Shown: one piece after another, positions 10,584 through 19,974 of the stretch
Layout: each line of letters begins with the position of its first letter
Numbering within the stretch: the stretch's first letter is position 1
Source: Alphaproteobacteria bacterium
GTDB lineage: Bacteria; Pseudomonadota; Alphaproteobacteria; UBA828
Assembly: GCA_965220745.1 (NCBI GenBank)
Contig: CBDCQT010000013.1
Location: 384,001 to 448,000, forward strand
DNA: 64,000 bases
Direction of reading: 5' to 3'
Program-made: the position numbers and the translations under genes
The notes under the pieces: model-generated
Seen by the model: only the letters and a program-made list of their open reading frames with translations
What the model was told of the DNA's origin: nothing
Database searches by the model: none

Positions 10584-10770
10584 GCGCGCCGGAAAGCGCA
10601 GAACCGCCACTACCCCCGACCCAAAGTTCCACCGCGAACGCGGCCTGCTCCGCGCGCTTATGCACCTGCAAGGCGTAAGTTGCGCGACGCAACTTGCCTG
10701 TTCCGGCTCATCCCCGTGACCCGTCCTCGTGAAGGGATGAATCTGGGATATGTTCAAAGACTAATTTATT

Positions 10771-10899
10771 GCGGCCTATTCCGGCCTACGCCGGCCCAAA
10801 GTGGCTCAAAGTGACCCAAGGTGGTCCAGGGCGGCCTCTCTCGAAGCGGCTCATTCCGGCCCAAAGTGGCCCAAGGTGGCTCAAGACGGCGTCTCTCGA
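10771..10899. repeat. Degenerate 10-bp-period tandem array arranged as two larger copies
   Basis: Copy 1 (10771-10844): GCGGCCTATT CCGGCCTACG CCGGCCCAAA GTGGCTCAAA GTGACCCAAG GTGGTCCAGG GCGGCCTCTC TCGA. Copy 2 (10846-10899): GCGGCTCATT CCGGCCCAAA GTGGCCCAAG GTGGCTCAAG ACGGCGTCTC TCGA. Confidence 0.85.
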
Positions 10900-11130
10900 T
10901 CCAGAGCCGCGCCCGACGCCCATAACGGTGGCGACTGTCCCGCACGCATGAAGGGTCGTGCGCGTAGAGATCAGTCTCGTGGCCCAGCCCGCCGTGCCTG
11001 CCGCGACCTGTTTGCTCTCGCTCAGCATGGCGCGATCTTGACGCAGCCGCCGCGCGCCGTGCACCGCACGATAGTGCGGGGCGTTAAATCGGTCGGGTTG
11101 GCGGTGGAGCGAAAAAGCGCTCTGTAAGCG

Positions 11131-13887
11131 CTACTCGGCCGCTTCGGCCGGGGCTTCCACCGGAGTGACACGGGCGGCGCAGTACTTGAACTCCGGAATC
11201 TTGCCGAAGGGGTCGAGGGCCGGATTGGTCAGCATGTTGCTGGCGGCTTCGGCAAAGCAGAACGGGACGAAGACCACGCCGGCGGGAACACCTGCATCGG
11301 CGCGGGCGCGAAGGCCGATGGCGCCGCGCCGGGTCTCCACAGTGATCGGCGCACCCGGCGCGATGTCCATGCGCTCGAGCTCGGCCGGTGCGAGGTGGGC
11401 GACCGCTTCGGGCTCGAGGTGGTCGAGCACCGTGGCGCGCCGGGTCATGGCGCCCGTGTGCCAATGCTCCAGCATGCGGCCCGTGGTCAGCACCATGGGA
11501 AACTCGTCGTCGGGCGACTCGTCAGGCGGCACGATGCCGGCGGGCACGAGCTTGCCGCGCTTGCTCGGAGTCGGATAGCCGTCCTCGAAGATCACGTCGC
11601 GGCCGGGCTCTTCCTCGCCCTCGCATGGGTAGGTCACGCCGCCCTCGCGGCGGAGCCGCTCCCACGTGATGTTGTCGAGCGAGGGCATGCAGCCCTTCAT
11701 CTCGGCGAAGACATCGGCCGGCCCGCCATAATTCCAGTCGAGCCCGATACGGCGGGCGATTTCCTGGATGATCCACCAGTCCTGCTTCACGCCGTCGGGC
11801 GCGGTGAGCGCGACGCGCCCCATCTGAACCTGGCGGTTGGTGTTGGTGACCGTGCCGTCCTTCTCCGGCCATGCGGAGGCCGGCAGCACCACGTCGGCGT
11901 GCCAGGCGGTCTCGGTGAGGAAAAGCTCCTGGACGACGAAATGATCGAGAGAGGCGAGCGCTTCGCGCACATGGTGCAGGTTGGGGTCCGACATCGCCGG
12001 GTTCTCGCCCATGATGTACATGCCCCTGACCTGGCCTTCGTGGGCGGCGTTCATCACCTCGACCACGGTGAGGCCGGCGTTGGGGTCGAGCTCGGTGCCC
12101 CAGAACTCCGTGAATTTCGCCTGCGGCTCAGGGTCCGACACCCGCTGGTAATCCGGGTACATCATCGGGATGAGCCCGGCGTCGGAGGCCCCCTGCACGT
12201 TGTTCTGGCCGCGCAGCGGGTGCAAGCCGGTACCGGGGCGGCCAACCTGACCCGCGATCAGCGCCAGCGAGATCAGGCAGCGCGCATTGTCGGTGCCGTG
12301 GATGTGCTGAGAGATCCCCATGCCCCAGAAGATGATCGCCGCCTCGGCACGCCCGTAGAGGCGCGCGACCTCGCGCAGCACGTCGGGCTCGATGCCGCAG
12401 ACCGGCCCCATCTCCTCCGGTGCGTAGTCCTTGAGATGGTTGCGGAGCTGCTCGAACCCTTCCGTGTGGGCCGAGACGTACTGACGGTCGTAAAGCTCTT
12501 CCTCGACGATGACGTGCATCAGCGCGTTGAGTAGCGCCACGTCCGTGCCGGGCTTGAATTGCATGAAGTGGCTTGCGTGGCGGGAGAGCGCCGAGCCGCG
12601 CGGGTCGATCACGATCAGCTTCGCCCCGCGTTTCGCCGCGTTCTTGAAGAAGGTCGCGGCCACCGGATGGTTCGCGGTGGGCTGGGCGCCGATCACGATG
12701 ATGACGTCGGAATGCTCGACCTGGTTGAAGCTCGCGGTGACCGCGCCGGAGCCGATGCATTCCAGCAGCGCCGCCACCGACGAGGCATGGCAGAGCCGGG
12801 TGCAGTGATCGACGTTGTTGGTGCCGAAGCCTGCGCGGACGAGCTTCTGGAAAAGATAGGCTTCCTCGTTCGATCCCTTGGCGGAGCCGAAGCCGGCGAG
12901 CGCGCCGGGGCCGTGCTCATCCCGAATTCGCTTGAGGCCCGCCGCCGCCACGTCGAGCGCTTCGTCCCAGGTGGCCTCCCGGAAGTGGGTGAAGGGGTTT
13001 GCCGGGTCGATATCGATATCGGCCGATTTCGGCGCGTCCTCCCGGCGGATCAGCGGCGTCGTCAGCCGGTGCCGGTGATTCACGTAGTCGAAGCCGAAGC
13101 GCCCCTTGACGCAGAGCCTGCCGTGGTTCGCCGGGCCGTCCCTGCCGTCCACCCACAGGATCTTGTTGTCCTTGACGTTGAAGGTGAGCTGGCAGCCGAC
13201 ACCGCAATAGGGGCAGACGCTGTCGACCTGCTTGGCCGGTATCTCCTTGCCGACCTCCTTGGCCGGCATCAGCGCGCCGGTGGGGCAGGCCTGCACGCAT
13301 TCGCCGCAGGCGACGCAGGTGCTCTCGCCCATCGGGTCGTCGAAGTCGAAGACGATCTTGTTGCGCGCGCCACGGCCCGCCATGCCGATCACGTCGTTGA
13401 CCTGCACCTCGCGGCAGGCACGCACGCAGCGCGTGCAATGGATGCAGGCGTCCAGGTTGACAGCCATCGCCGTGTGAGTGAGGTCGGGGGCAGGCGACTG
13501 CCGCGGTTCGAAACGGCTGGCGGAGAGACCCATAGTCCCCGCCCAGTCCCAGAGCTCGCAGGACGGATCGTGGCTGGACTCGGGCGGGGGCTGATCGGCG
13601 AGCAGCAGCTCCATCACCATGTCGCGGGAGCGCACCGCGCGCTCCGCATCGACGCGCACCACCATACCGTCGGCCGGCTTGCGGATGCAGGAAGCCGCGA
13701 GCACCCGCTCGCCCTCGATCTCCACCATGCAGACCCGGCAGTTGCCGTCCGGCCGGTAGCCGGGCTCAGGCGAATAGCAGAGGTGGGGAATGTCGGTCCC
13801 GGTCCGCTTGGCGACCTGCCAGATGGTCTCGTCCGGCTGCGCGGTGACGGCGCGGCCGTCGAGGGTGAAGCGGATGACGTCGCTCAT
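11131..13887 (-). CDS. fdhF: NAD-dependent formate dehydrogenase alpha subunit (Mo/W-bisPGD, Cys-type)
   Basis: N-terminal 2Fe-2S and 4Fe-4S motifs (CIHCTRCVRAC, CVACGECVQACP), CPYCGVGC, NNVDHCTRLCHASS, LRGQNNVQG, TGRMLEHWH. Confidence 0.95.
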   Translation of the reverse strand: MSDVIRFTLDGRAVTAQPDETIWQVAKRTGTDIPHLCYSPEPGYRPDGNCRVCMVEIEGERVLAASCIRKPADGMVVRVDAERAVRSRDMVMELLLADQPPPESSHDPSCELWDWAGTMGLSASRFEPRQSPAPDLTHTAMAVNLDACIHCTRCVRACREVQVNDVIGMAGRGARNKIVFDFDDPMGESTCVACGECVQACPTGALMPAKEVGKEIPAKQVDSVCPYCGVGCQLTFNVKDNKILWVDGRDGPANHGRLCVKGRFGFDYVNHRHRLTTPLIRREDAPKSADIDIDPANPFTHFREATWDEALDVAAAGLKRIRDEHGPGALAGFGSAKGSNEEAYLFQKLVRAGFGTNNVDHCTRLCHASSVAALLECIGSGAVTASFNQVEHSDVIIVIGAQPTANHPVAATFFKNAAKRGAKLIVIDPRGSALSRHASHFMQFKPGTDVALLNALMHVIVEEELYDRQYVSAHTEGFEQLRNHLKDYAPEEMGPVCGIEPDVLREVARLYGRAEAAIIFWGMGISQHIHGTDNARCLISLALIAGQVGRPGTGLHPLRGQNNVQGASDAGLIPMMYPDYQRVSDPEPQAKFTEFWGTELDPNAGLTVVEVMNAAHEGQVRGMYIMGENPAMSDPNLHHVREALASLDHFVVQELFLTETAWHADVVLPASAWPEKDGTVTNTNRQVQMGRVALTAPDGVKQDWWIIQEIARRIGLDWNYGGPADVFAEMKGCMPSLDNITWERLRREGGVTYPCEGEEEPGRDVIFEDGYPTPSKRGKLVPAGIVPPDESPDDEFPMVLTTGRMLEHWHTGAMTRRATVLDHLEPEAVAHLAPAELERMDIAPGAPITVETRRGAIGLRARADAGVPAGVVFVPFCFAEAASNMLTNPALDPFGKIPEFKYCAARVTPVEAPAEAAE

Positions 13888-15584
13888 GCGAGCTCCTCCG
13901 GGAAGTAGCGCAAGATGGAGAGCAGCGGGTTCGGCGCGGCCTGTCCGAGCCCGCAGATCGAGGCGTCGGCCATCGCAGCACTTAGCTCGCGCAAGAGCGG
14001 CGCGTCCCAGTGGCCGTTACTCATCATGACGGCCGCCTTCTCGCAGCCGACCCGGCAAGGCGTGCATTGCCCGCAGCTCTCGTCTTCAAAGAACCGCATC
14101 AGGTTGAGGGCCGCGCCCTTCAAGTCGTCCTGGTCGGAAAGCACCATGACCGCAGCCGAGCCAATGAAGCAGCCGTGCTCCTCGAGGGTGCCGAAATCGA
14201 GCGGGAGGTCGGCCATTGAGGCTGGCAGGATGCCGCCCGACGCGCCGCCGGGCAGGTAGGCGCGGAAGGTGTGGCCGTCCGCCATGCCGCCGCAATACTC
14301 GGCCAGCAGCTCGTTCATGGTGATGCCTGCGGGCGCCAGCTTGACGCCAGGCTCCTTTACCCGGCCCGACACCGAGAAGCTGTGGAAGCCGGAGCGCCCG
14401 TTGCGCCCTTCGTCGGCGAACCAGCTCGGCCCGCGCTCCAGGATGTCGCGCACCCAGTGCAGCGTCTCGACATTGTTAATGAGCGTGGGTTGTCCCCAGA
14501 GACCGACCTGGGACGGGAAGGGGGGCTTGTGCCGGGGCTCGCCCCGCTTGCCCTCGATGCTCTCCAGCATCGCCGACTCTTCACCGCAGATATAGGCACC
14601 CGCGCCCCGGCGGAGGATGAGCTTGGTCTGGGCCGTAAGGCCCGCGGCGTCGAGCTTCGCGATCTCCTCCAGCAGCACCTCACGGATGCCCGGATACTCG
14701 TCGCGCAGGTAGATGTAACACTCGGCGGCTTCCACAGCCCAACCAGCGATCAGCGAGCCTTCGAGGAAGCGATGCGGATCCTGCTCCATGTAGACCCGGT
14801 CCTTGATCGTGCCGGGTTCGCCCTCGTCCGCGTTTACCGCCATCAGCCGGGGGCCGGTCTCGGCGCGGACGAAGCGCCATTTGCGACCGGTGGGGAAGCC
14901 CGCGCCGCCCTTGCCCTTGAGGCCACTCTCCTCCAGCGCCGTAATTACGTCGCCGACGGACCGCGCGCCCGAGAGGCATTCCTTGAGCACGGTGTAGCCG
15001 CCAGCAGCGACATAGGCGTCGAAATCAACGTAAGGCGGATTGACCGGAGAATGGTCCGCCCCCTCGACGCACGCGAGGATCGAATCGACCGTCGCCTCGG
15101 TCACGTGGCGATGGCCCACCTCGGCCACCGGCGCTTCCTCGCAGCGCCCCATGCAGGGCGCTCGCACGACTCGCACGTTGTCGCCCACCGCCTCGGGTAG
15201 AGCCTTCAATAGCGTGGGCGCGCCGAGACATTCGCAGGTGAGGCTATCGCAAACCCGGACAGTCAGCGGCGGCGGCGGGCTCTCGCCCTCTATCACCACG
15301 TCGAAGTGCGCGTAGAAGGTCGCGACCTCGTAGACCTCAGCCATGGCGAGGCGCATCTCGGCCGCGAGCGCCGCAAGGTGCCTCGCGGAAAGGCAGCCGT
15401 AATGGTCCTGGATCTTGTGGAGGTGCTCGATCAGCAGGTCTTGGCGTCTGGGCTCGTCTCCCAGCAGCGCGCGGATCTCGGCCTGCGCCGCAGGTTCGAC
15501 CTGCCGGCCCTTCTCGGTGTAGCGCGCCCTGCGCCTCCCGCTTCCGGGGTGTCTGGGCGCCTGATTTCCGGCCGATAGGGCCAC
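13884..15584 (-). CDS. Formate dehydrogenase beta (diaphorase) subunit, NuoE+NuoF fusion
   Basis: VATFYAHF, CDSLTC, CMGRC, GKGGAGFPTG, NADEGEPG, GAGAYICGEE, ESCGQCTPCR. GTG 15584 has a GGAGA RBS. Confidence 0.92.
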   Translation of the reverse strand: MALSAGNQAPRHPGSGRRRARYTEKGRQVEPAAQAEIRALLGDEPRRQDLLIEHLHKIQDHYGCLSARHLAALAAEMRLAMAEVYEVATFYAHFDVVIEGESPPPPLTVRVCDSLTCECLGAPTLLKALPEAVGDNVRVVRAPCMGRCEEAPVAEVGHRHVTEATVDSILACVEGADHSPVNPPYVDFDAYVAAGGYTVLKECLSGARSVGDVITALEESGLKGKGGAGFPTGRKWRFVRAETGPRLMAVNADEGEPGTIKDRVYMEQDPHRFLEGSLIAGWAVEAAECYIYLRDEYPGIREVLLEEIAKLDAAGLTAQTKLILRRGAGAYICGEESAMLESIEGKRGEPRHKPPFPSQVGLWGQPTLINNVETLHWVRDILERGPSWFADEGRNGRSGFHSFSVSGRVKEPGVKLAPAGITMNELLAEYCGGMADGHTFRAYLPGGASGGILPASMADLPLDFGTLEEHGCFIGSAAVMVLSDQDDLKGAALNLMRFFEDESCGQCTPCRVGCEKAAVMMSNGHWDAPLLRELSAAMADASICGLGQAAPNPLLSILRYFPEELA

Positions 15585-15732
15585 TCGCGGTCTCCGACGA
15601 TTGTTGTTCCACCGAGTTCGGCGGGCGGTATGACAAACTGCCCCGATGCCTAACACCTAGCCGGTCGACGGTCGAGAATTAGTTTGAATGTCGGTCCAGG
15701 TGCACCGCGTCGCGAGGCAGTGATCGGGCTAC

Positions 15733-15930
15733 TCAAAACGGGTCCTCGTCGAGCGGCGCGGGCGAATCGACCTTCGTGAGGCTGACCACGGCGGCGTTGA
15801 TCAGACGTTTGCCCGCATTTTCGAAATTCGCCGTCACCCGCTCGCCGATCACAGACTGCACCTGCCCGAGGCCCCATTCCGGTGCGTGCGGGTTCGTGAC
15901 CCAGTCGCCTGGCGCGAGGCCCTCGACCAT
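15733..15930 (-). CDS. DUF3553-like small protein
   Basis: PGDWV..P..PEWGLGQVQSV...VTANFENAGK pattern; GAGGA RBS. Confidence 0.8.
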   Translation of the reverse strand: MVEGLAPGDWVTNPHAPEWGLGQVQSVIGERVTANFENAGKRLINAAVVSLTKVDSPAPLDEDPF

Positions 15931-16191
15931 CTCTTTCCTCTCTCAAACCGGCAGGCTGCGAGGTCCTGCTCGCCCCCGGCCATGATAGCCGTGCGATGCT
16001 CCGTCGGCCATTTCCGGGCGTCCCGATACTCCTCACGATCTCAAGAGTTTCAGGCAATTCGTTGAATTGTAACGAAATACTCGCTAAGACGAATTCTCTA
16101 ACACGAGCGGGGAAGGGCGTCGGAATGGCTTGCCGAGGCGCCGGTGCATTCTTATACTCCGCGCCCATTTCAAGGGGGACGCGGCAAGACA

Positions 16192-16617
16192 GTGGCGCAG
16201 AAGCAAATTAAGCTCCCGAACAAGTACCGGCCAACGAGCCGGGAGGAGTTTATGTCGCCGCGGATGCGGGAGTATTTCCGGCGCAAGCTGGAAATGTGGC
16301 GGCAGGATATCCTCGACGAAACCGACGCAACCCTCGAGAAGCTCAGGCTCGATACCGCGCAGGAGCCCGATCTGGCGGATCGCGCCGCCGTCGAATCGGA
16401 ACGCTCGGTCCAGCTTCGCACTCGGGACCGGGCCCGCAAGCTCGTTTCGAAGATCGAAGCTGCGCTGCAGCGGATCGACGACGGCTCCTACGGCTATTGC
16501 GAGGAGACCGCCGAGCCCATCAGCATCCGCCGCCTAGAGGCTCGCCCCATCGCGACCCTCAGTGTCGAGGCGCAGGAGCGTCACGAGCGCCACGAGCGCA
16601 CCCACCGCGACGGCTGA
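16192..16617 (+). CDS. dksA: RNA polymerase-binding protein DksA (single-Cys alphaproteobacterial type)
   Basis: FMSPRMREYFRRKL, PDLADRA coiled-coil tip, YGYCEETAEPISIRRLEARPIA. Confidence 0.95.
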   Translation: MAQKQIKLPNKYRPTSREEFMSPRMREYFRRKLEMWRQDILDETDATLEKLRLDTAQEPDLADRAAVESERSVQLRTRDRARKLVSKIEAALQRIDDGSYGYCEETAEPISIRRLEARPIATLSVEAQERHERHERTHRDG

Positions 16618-16645
16618 CCCGGTAGCACAGAGTTGGCGAGCGGGC

Positions 16646-16726
16646 TCGCGCGGCCCGCTCCAGCCATTTGACGGCCTCCGTATGGTCGTGAACCATTCCG
16701 ACACCCTCGGGGTGCATGAGCCCCCA
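16646..16726 (-). pseudogene. Isolated degenerate Sel1-like repeat fragment
   Basis: Intergenic minus frame reads WGLMHPEGVGMVHDHTEAVKWLERAAR, matching the Sel1 consensus LGxMYxxGxGVxxDxxEAVKWYxxAA, with no surrounding gene. Confidence 0.6.
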
Positions 16727-16760
16727 GCGGGTATCGGGGCGACGCGTGAAGGGGCCCACC

Positions 16761-18485
16761 ATGAGTGAGCGGCCGACCGAGGATGTCGTGGCGATGAGCA
16801 TCCTCGAGGGCACGATGCTCTCCATCTGTCGGGAAATGGGCATCACCCTGATGAAGACGTCGTACTCGACGATCTTCAACGAGGCCCTCGACTTCACTTG
16901 TGTCCTCGCTGATGCGAAGGGCGACATGATCGCGGCGGCGGATTTCTGCCCGGCTCATATCGGCGGCATGCCAGTCGTCATCAAGAGCTGTGTGCGCGAG
17001 ATGGCGCGCGAGGGGCTCGCCGAGGGCGATGTCATCATGCACAACGACCCCTACCGGGGCGGCCTGCACACGCCTGACCACACCTTCTTCATGCCGTTCT
17101 TCGTGGACGGCGAGTTGATGGGCTACGCCGTCTCCATCGGTCATGTGGCAGAGATCGGCGGCATGGTGCCCGGCAGCTTTGCCAGCGAAGGCACGGAAAT
17201 CTTTCACGAAGGCATGCGTGTGCCGCCGGTCCACATCAAGCGGCGCGGCGAGGATGTCGAGGAAGTCTGGAAGCTCGTCCTCGCGAATGTGCGCACGCCG
17301 CGTCACAACTACGGCGACTACCGCGCAATGATCAGCGCCTGCGAGATCGGCGCAAGCCGCATGAGCGCGCTGATCGAGAAATACGGCAAGGCGCGCTTCT
17401 CCGCGCTGACCGACGCGCTCATCCGCTATTCCGAAGGCCGCATGCGCGCGGAGATCGCGGCTATCCCGGACGGGCGCTACAGCTTCGAGGACCACATGGA
17501 GGACGACGGCATCGAGGACCGGCCGCGCAGGGTCGCGGTCGATGTCTTCGTGCAGGGAGACGAGCTGGTCGCCGATTTCGCACGCAGCGACCCGCAAGCG
17601 CGCGGTGCGATCAACGCCACCCTCGGAGTCACCTGGTCGGCCACCTTCAACGCCATGCTCCACGTCACCGACCCGTCGATCCCGCGCAATGCCGGGTGCT
17701 ATCGCCCCATCCGCGTTCTCGCGCGCCCCGGCAGCGTCGCCAATGTGGACTATCCCGCGCCAGAGGTCGGCGGCAACACCGAGACCCATCTCAGGCTCTG
17801 CTACGCCGTCATCGCCGCGCTATCGGAGCGCGTGCCAGAGCGGACGTTTGCCCCCGACGCGGGCACCCATTGCAATTTCCTGTTCGGCGGTCAGCACCCT
17901 GCGACCAGCGAATACTACGTATGCTACGACTTCATGATCGGCGGCTGGGGCGGGCGCCCGTTCGCCGACGGCCACGACACCTGCAATTGCATCAACGGCA
18001 ACTGCCGCACCGTACCCGTCGAGGTCTACGAGACGCGCTTTCCGTGGCTGGTGGAGACCCTTTCCCTGGTTGAAGATTCCGGCGGTCCCGGCCGTTACAG
18101 AGGCGGCCTCGGCAGCACCAAGACCCTCGTCTGCCAGGCCGACGAGATCACGATCAGCCACATGGGGGACCGCCATCGGACCGGGCCGTGGGGGCTGCTG
18201 GGCGGAGGAGAGGGAGGAGCCGCCTCGCTCCTCGTCCGGCGAGCGAATTCAGAGAGCTGGCAGGACGCGTGCGCGGCCTGGGGCAAAGTCTCGCCGTCGA
18301 AGTTCGCCAATGTGGCGATCCGGCGCGGCGACCGGGTGCGACTCACGACCTGCGGCGGCGGCGGGTACGGCAAGCCGGGTACGAGAGCGCCCGAAATGGT
18401 CGCGGAGGATCTCCGTGAGGGCTATGTCTCCGCTGCAGCTGCGGCGCGCTACGACTACGACCCAGAGAAGAGCGGGGCAGAGTAG
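16761..18485 (+). CDS. Hydantoinase B / 5-oxoprolinase family subunit
   Basis: TSYSTIFNEALDF, NDPYRGGLHTPD, HVAEIGG..PGS, DSGGPGRYRGGLG, GGGGYG. Confidence 0.92.
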   Translation: MSERPTEDVVAMSILEGTMLSICREMGITLMKTSYSTIFNEALDFTCVLADAKGDMIAAADFCPAHIGGMPVVIKSCVREMAREGLAEGDVIMHNDPYRGGLHTPDHTFFMPFFVDGELMGYAVSIGHVAEIGGMVPGSFASEGTEIFHEGMRVPPVHIKRRGEDVEEVWKLVLANVRTPRHNYGDYRAMISACEIGASRMSALIEKYGKARFSALTDALIRYSEGRMRAEIAAIPDGRYSFEDHMEDDGIEDRPRRVAVDVFVQGDELVADFARSDPQARGAINATLGVTWSATFNAMLHVTDPSIPRNAGCYRPIRVLARPGSVANVDYPAPEVGGNTETHLRLCYAVIAALSERVPERTFAPDAGTHCNFLFGGQHPATSEYYVCYDFMIGGWGGRPFADGHDTCNCINGNCRTVPVEVYETRFPWLVETLSLVEDSGGPGRYRGGLGSTKTLVCQADEITISHMGDRHRTGPWGLLGGGEGGAASLLVRRANSESWQDACAAWGKVSPSKFANVAIRRGDRVRLTTCGGGGYGKPGTRAPEMVAEDLREGYVSAAAAARYDYDPEKSGAE

Positions 18486-19183
18486 GGGGGAGGGCCGCCC
18501 TCGTCCGCCGCGCGCTCCAGGCACCGGCGGTCTCGGATGATGACGCCGGCGAAGGGGCGCACGATCTCGATGGTGCCATCCCGCACCAGCTCGGCGAGAG
18601 TCCGGCTCACCGTCTCGGAGGCGAGACCCAGATAATCGCCGATCTCGAGCTGGCTCATCGGCAGCGGAACGATCCGCCGCCCGTCCTTGTCGTGCAGCCC
18701 GACGCGGCCGTCGCATTCCAGGAGGAAGCCAGCGAGTCGCTCTCGCGCCGTCTTGCGCCCGAGCCACAAGAGCCGCTCCTGTGCGGCCGAGAGTTCCCGG
18801 TGCAAGGCGTCGAGCAGGCTCTCGCGCAGAGCCGGCGCCGATGCCGCGAGCTCTCTCAGCCGGGCTTGCGGGACGGAACGGACGCTGGCCCGATCGATCG
18901 CCTCGGCGCTGTAGGCATAACGTTCGCCCACCGTGAGCCCCACCAGATCACCGGGGAAGAAGAACGTGATGATCTGCCGTCTCCCGTCCGCCGTCGCCTT
19001 GTAGCCGGCGATGGTGCCTCTCAGCACCCGATGGAAGCGATCGGCGGAATCGCCTTCGAGCGCCAGCGATTCATGCGGCACCAGATGCTTGATGACGCCA
19101 ATTCCATCGAGCCGGTCGAACCCGGCGGGCGGCTCCCCGGCAGCGGCCGGATGCACCGCCCGATTCCTAGCGGCAACGCTCAT
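18455..19183 (-). CDS. fixK: Crp/Fnr-family transcriptional regulator, FixK-like
   Basis: DGRRQI..FFFPGD, ARERLAGFL, IGDYLGLASETVSR recognition helix; no N-terminal Cys cluster; directly downstream of fixLJ. Confidence 0.8.
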   Translation of the reverse strand: MSVAARNRAVHPAAAGEPPAGFDRLDGIGVIKHLVPHESLALEGDSADRFHRVLRGTIAGYKATADGRRQIITFFFPGDLVGLTVGERYAYSAEAIDRASVRSVPQARLRELAASAPALRESLLDALHRELSAAQERLLWLGRKTARERLAGFLLECDGRVGLHDKDGRRIVPLPMSQLEIGDYLGLASETVSRTLAELVRDGTIEIVRPFAGVIIRDRRCLERAADEGGPPPYSAPLFSGS

Positions 19184-19268
19184 GGTGATCTTCCCTTCCC
19201 GCAGCAGTTGCGGGCTTCCCGGATGGGTATTTCGTGGTTTTCGCGTGTCCACGCAATTGGGGTGGTTG

Positions 19269-19288
19269 CGTAAGGAATTCTCCCTACG
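19269..19288. promoter_or_regulatory. Imperfect palindrome upstream of fixK, candidate FixJ-binding site
   Basis: CGTAAGGAATTCTCCCTACG (CGTAAGG / CCCTACG arms), about 90 bp upstream of the fixK start; resembles recalled TAAG..TxCCC FixJ sites. Confidence 0.45.
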
Positions 19289-19347
19289 GGGCAGCACGAA
19301 TGGCATCCGGTGGCGGCGGGCGGCGCGCCGTTATGCGCCGCGGGCGA

Positions 19348-19974
19348 TCAGATGTCGCCCATATCCACCTGCGCGATCATGGCCATACGGACCAGGTGCG
19401 AGAGGCTCGGCGCCTGCAATTTCTCCATGACCCGCGCGCGATGCACCTCGACGGTGCGCGGACTGATGCCGAGTTCGCGAGCGATGACCTTGTTGGCGCT
19501 GCCTCGGGCGAGCCGCTCGAAGACCTCACGCTCCCGCGCGGTGAGCCGATCCAGCCGCCGGTCCACGTCGAGGCGTCGCGCCTCGCGGCTCAGCGTCTCC
19601 TCCCGCAATGCCAGAGCCTGCGCGATGCCGTCGAGGATGGTGCGGTCCGTAAACGGCTTTTCGACGAAATCGACGGCACCCGCCTTGATCGTTTTCACTG
19701 CCATCGCGATGTCGCCGTGGCCGGTGATGATGATGACTGGTAGCGCCGGCGCGACGTCCGTCAGACGCTGCTGCAGCTCCAGCCCGTCCATTTCCGGCAT
19801 CCGCACGTCGACGAGAGCGCAGGCAGGCAAGGCCTGGGGCAGGGCGTTCAGGAAAGCCCGCCCCGAGTCATAGGTGTCGACGTCGTAGCCGGCGGCCTCC
19901 AGCAGCGCACTCAGGGAATCGCGCACCGCATCGTCGTCGTCGATGACGGCGACGGCCTCGGCCCGGTCATTCAT
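19348..19974 (-). CDS. fixJ: Two-component response regulator FixJ
   Basis: DVRMPEMDG, TGHGDIAMAV, GAVDFVEKPF, LuxR HTH LTAREREV...SPRTVEVHRARVMEKL. Confidence 0.93.
   Translation of the reverse strand: MNDRAEAVAVIDDDDAVRDSLSALLEAAGYDVDTYDSGRAFLNALPQALPACALVDVRMPEMDGLELQQRLTDVAPALPVIIITGHGDIAMAVKTIKAGAVDFVEKPFTDRTILDGIAQALALREETLSREARRLDVDRRLDRLTAREREVFERLARGSANKVIARELGISPRTVEVHRARVMEKLQAPSLSHLVRMAMIAQVDMGDI

Noticed and set aside
11131-13887. Selenocysteine recoding in formate dehydrogenase
   Set aside because: The active-site position is Cys (TRLCHASS) and the frame has no internal TGA.
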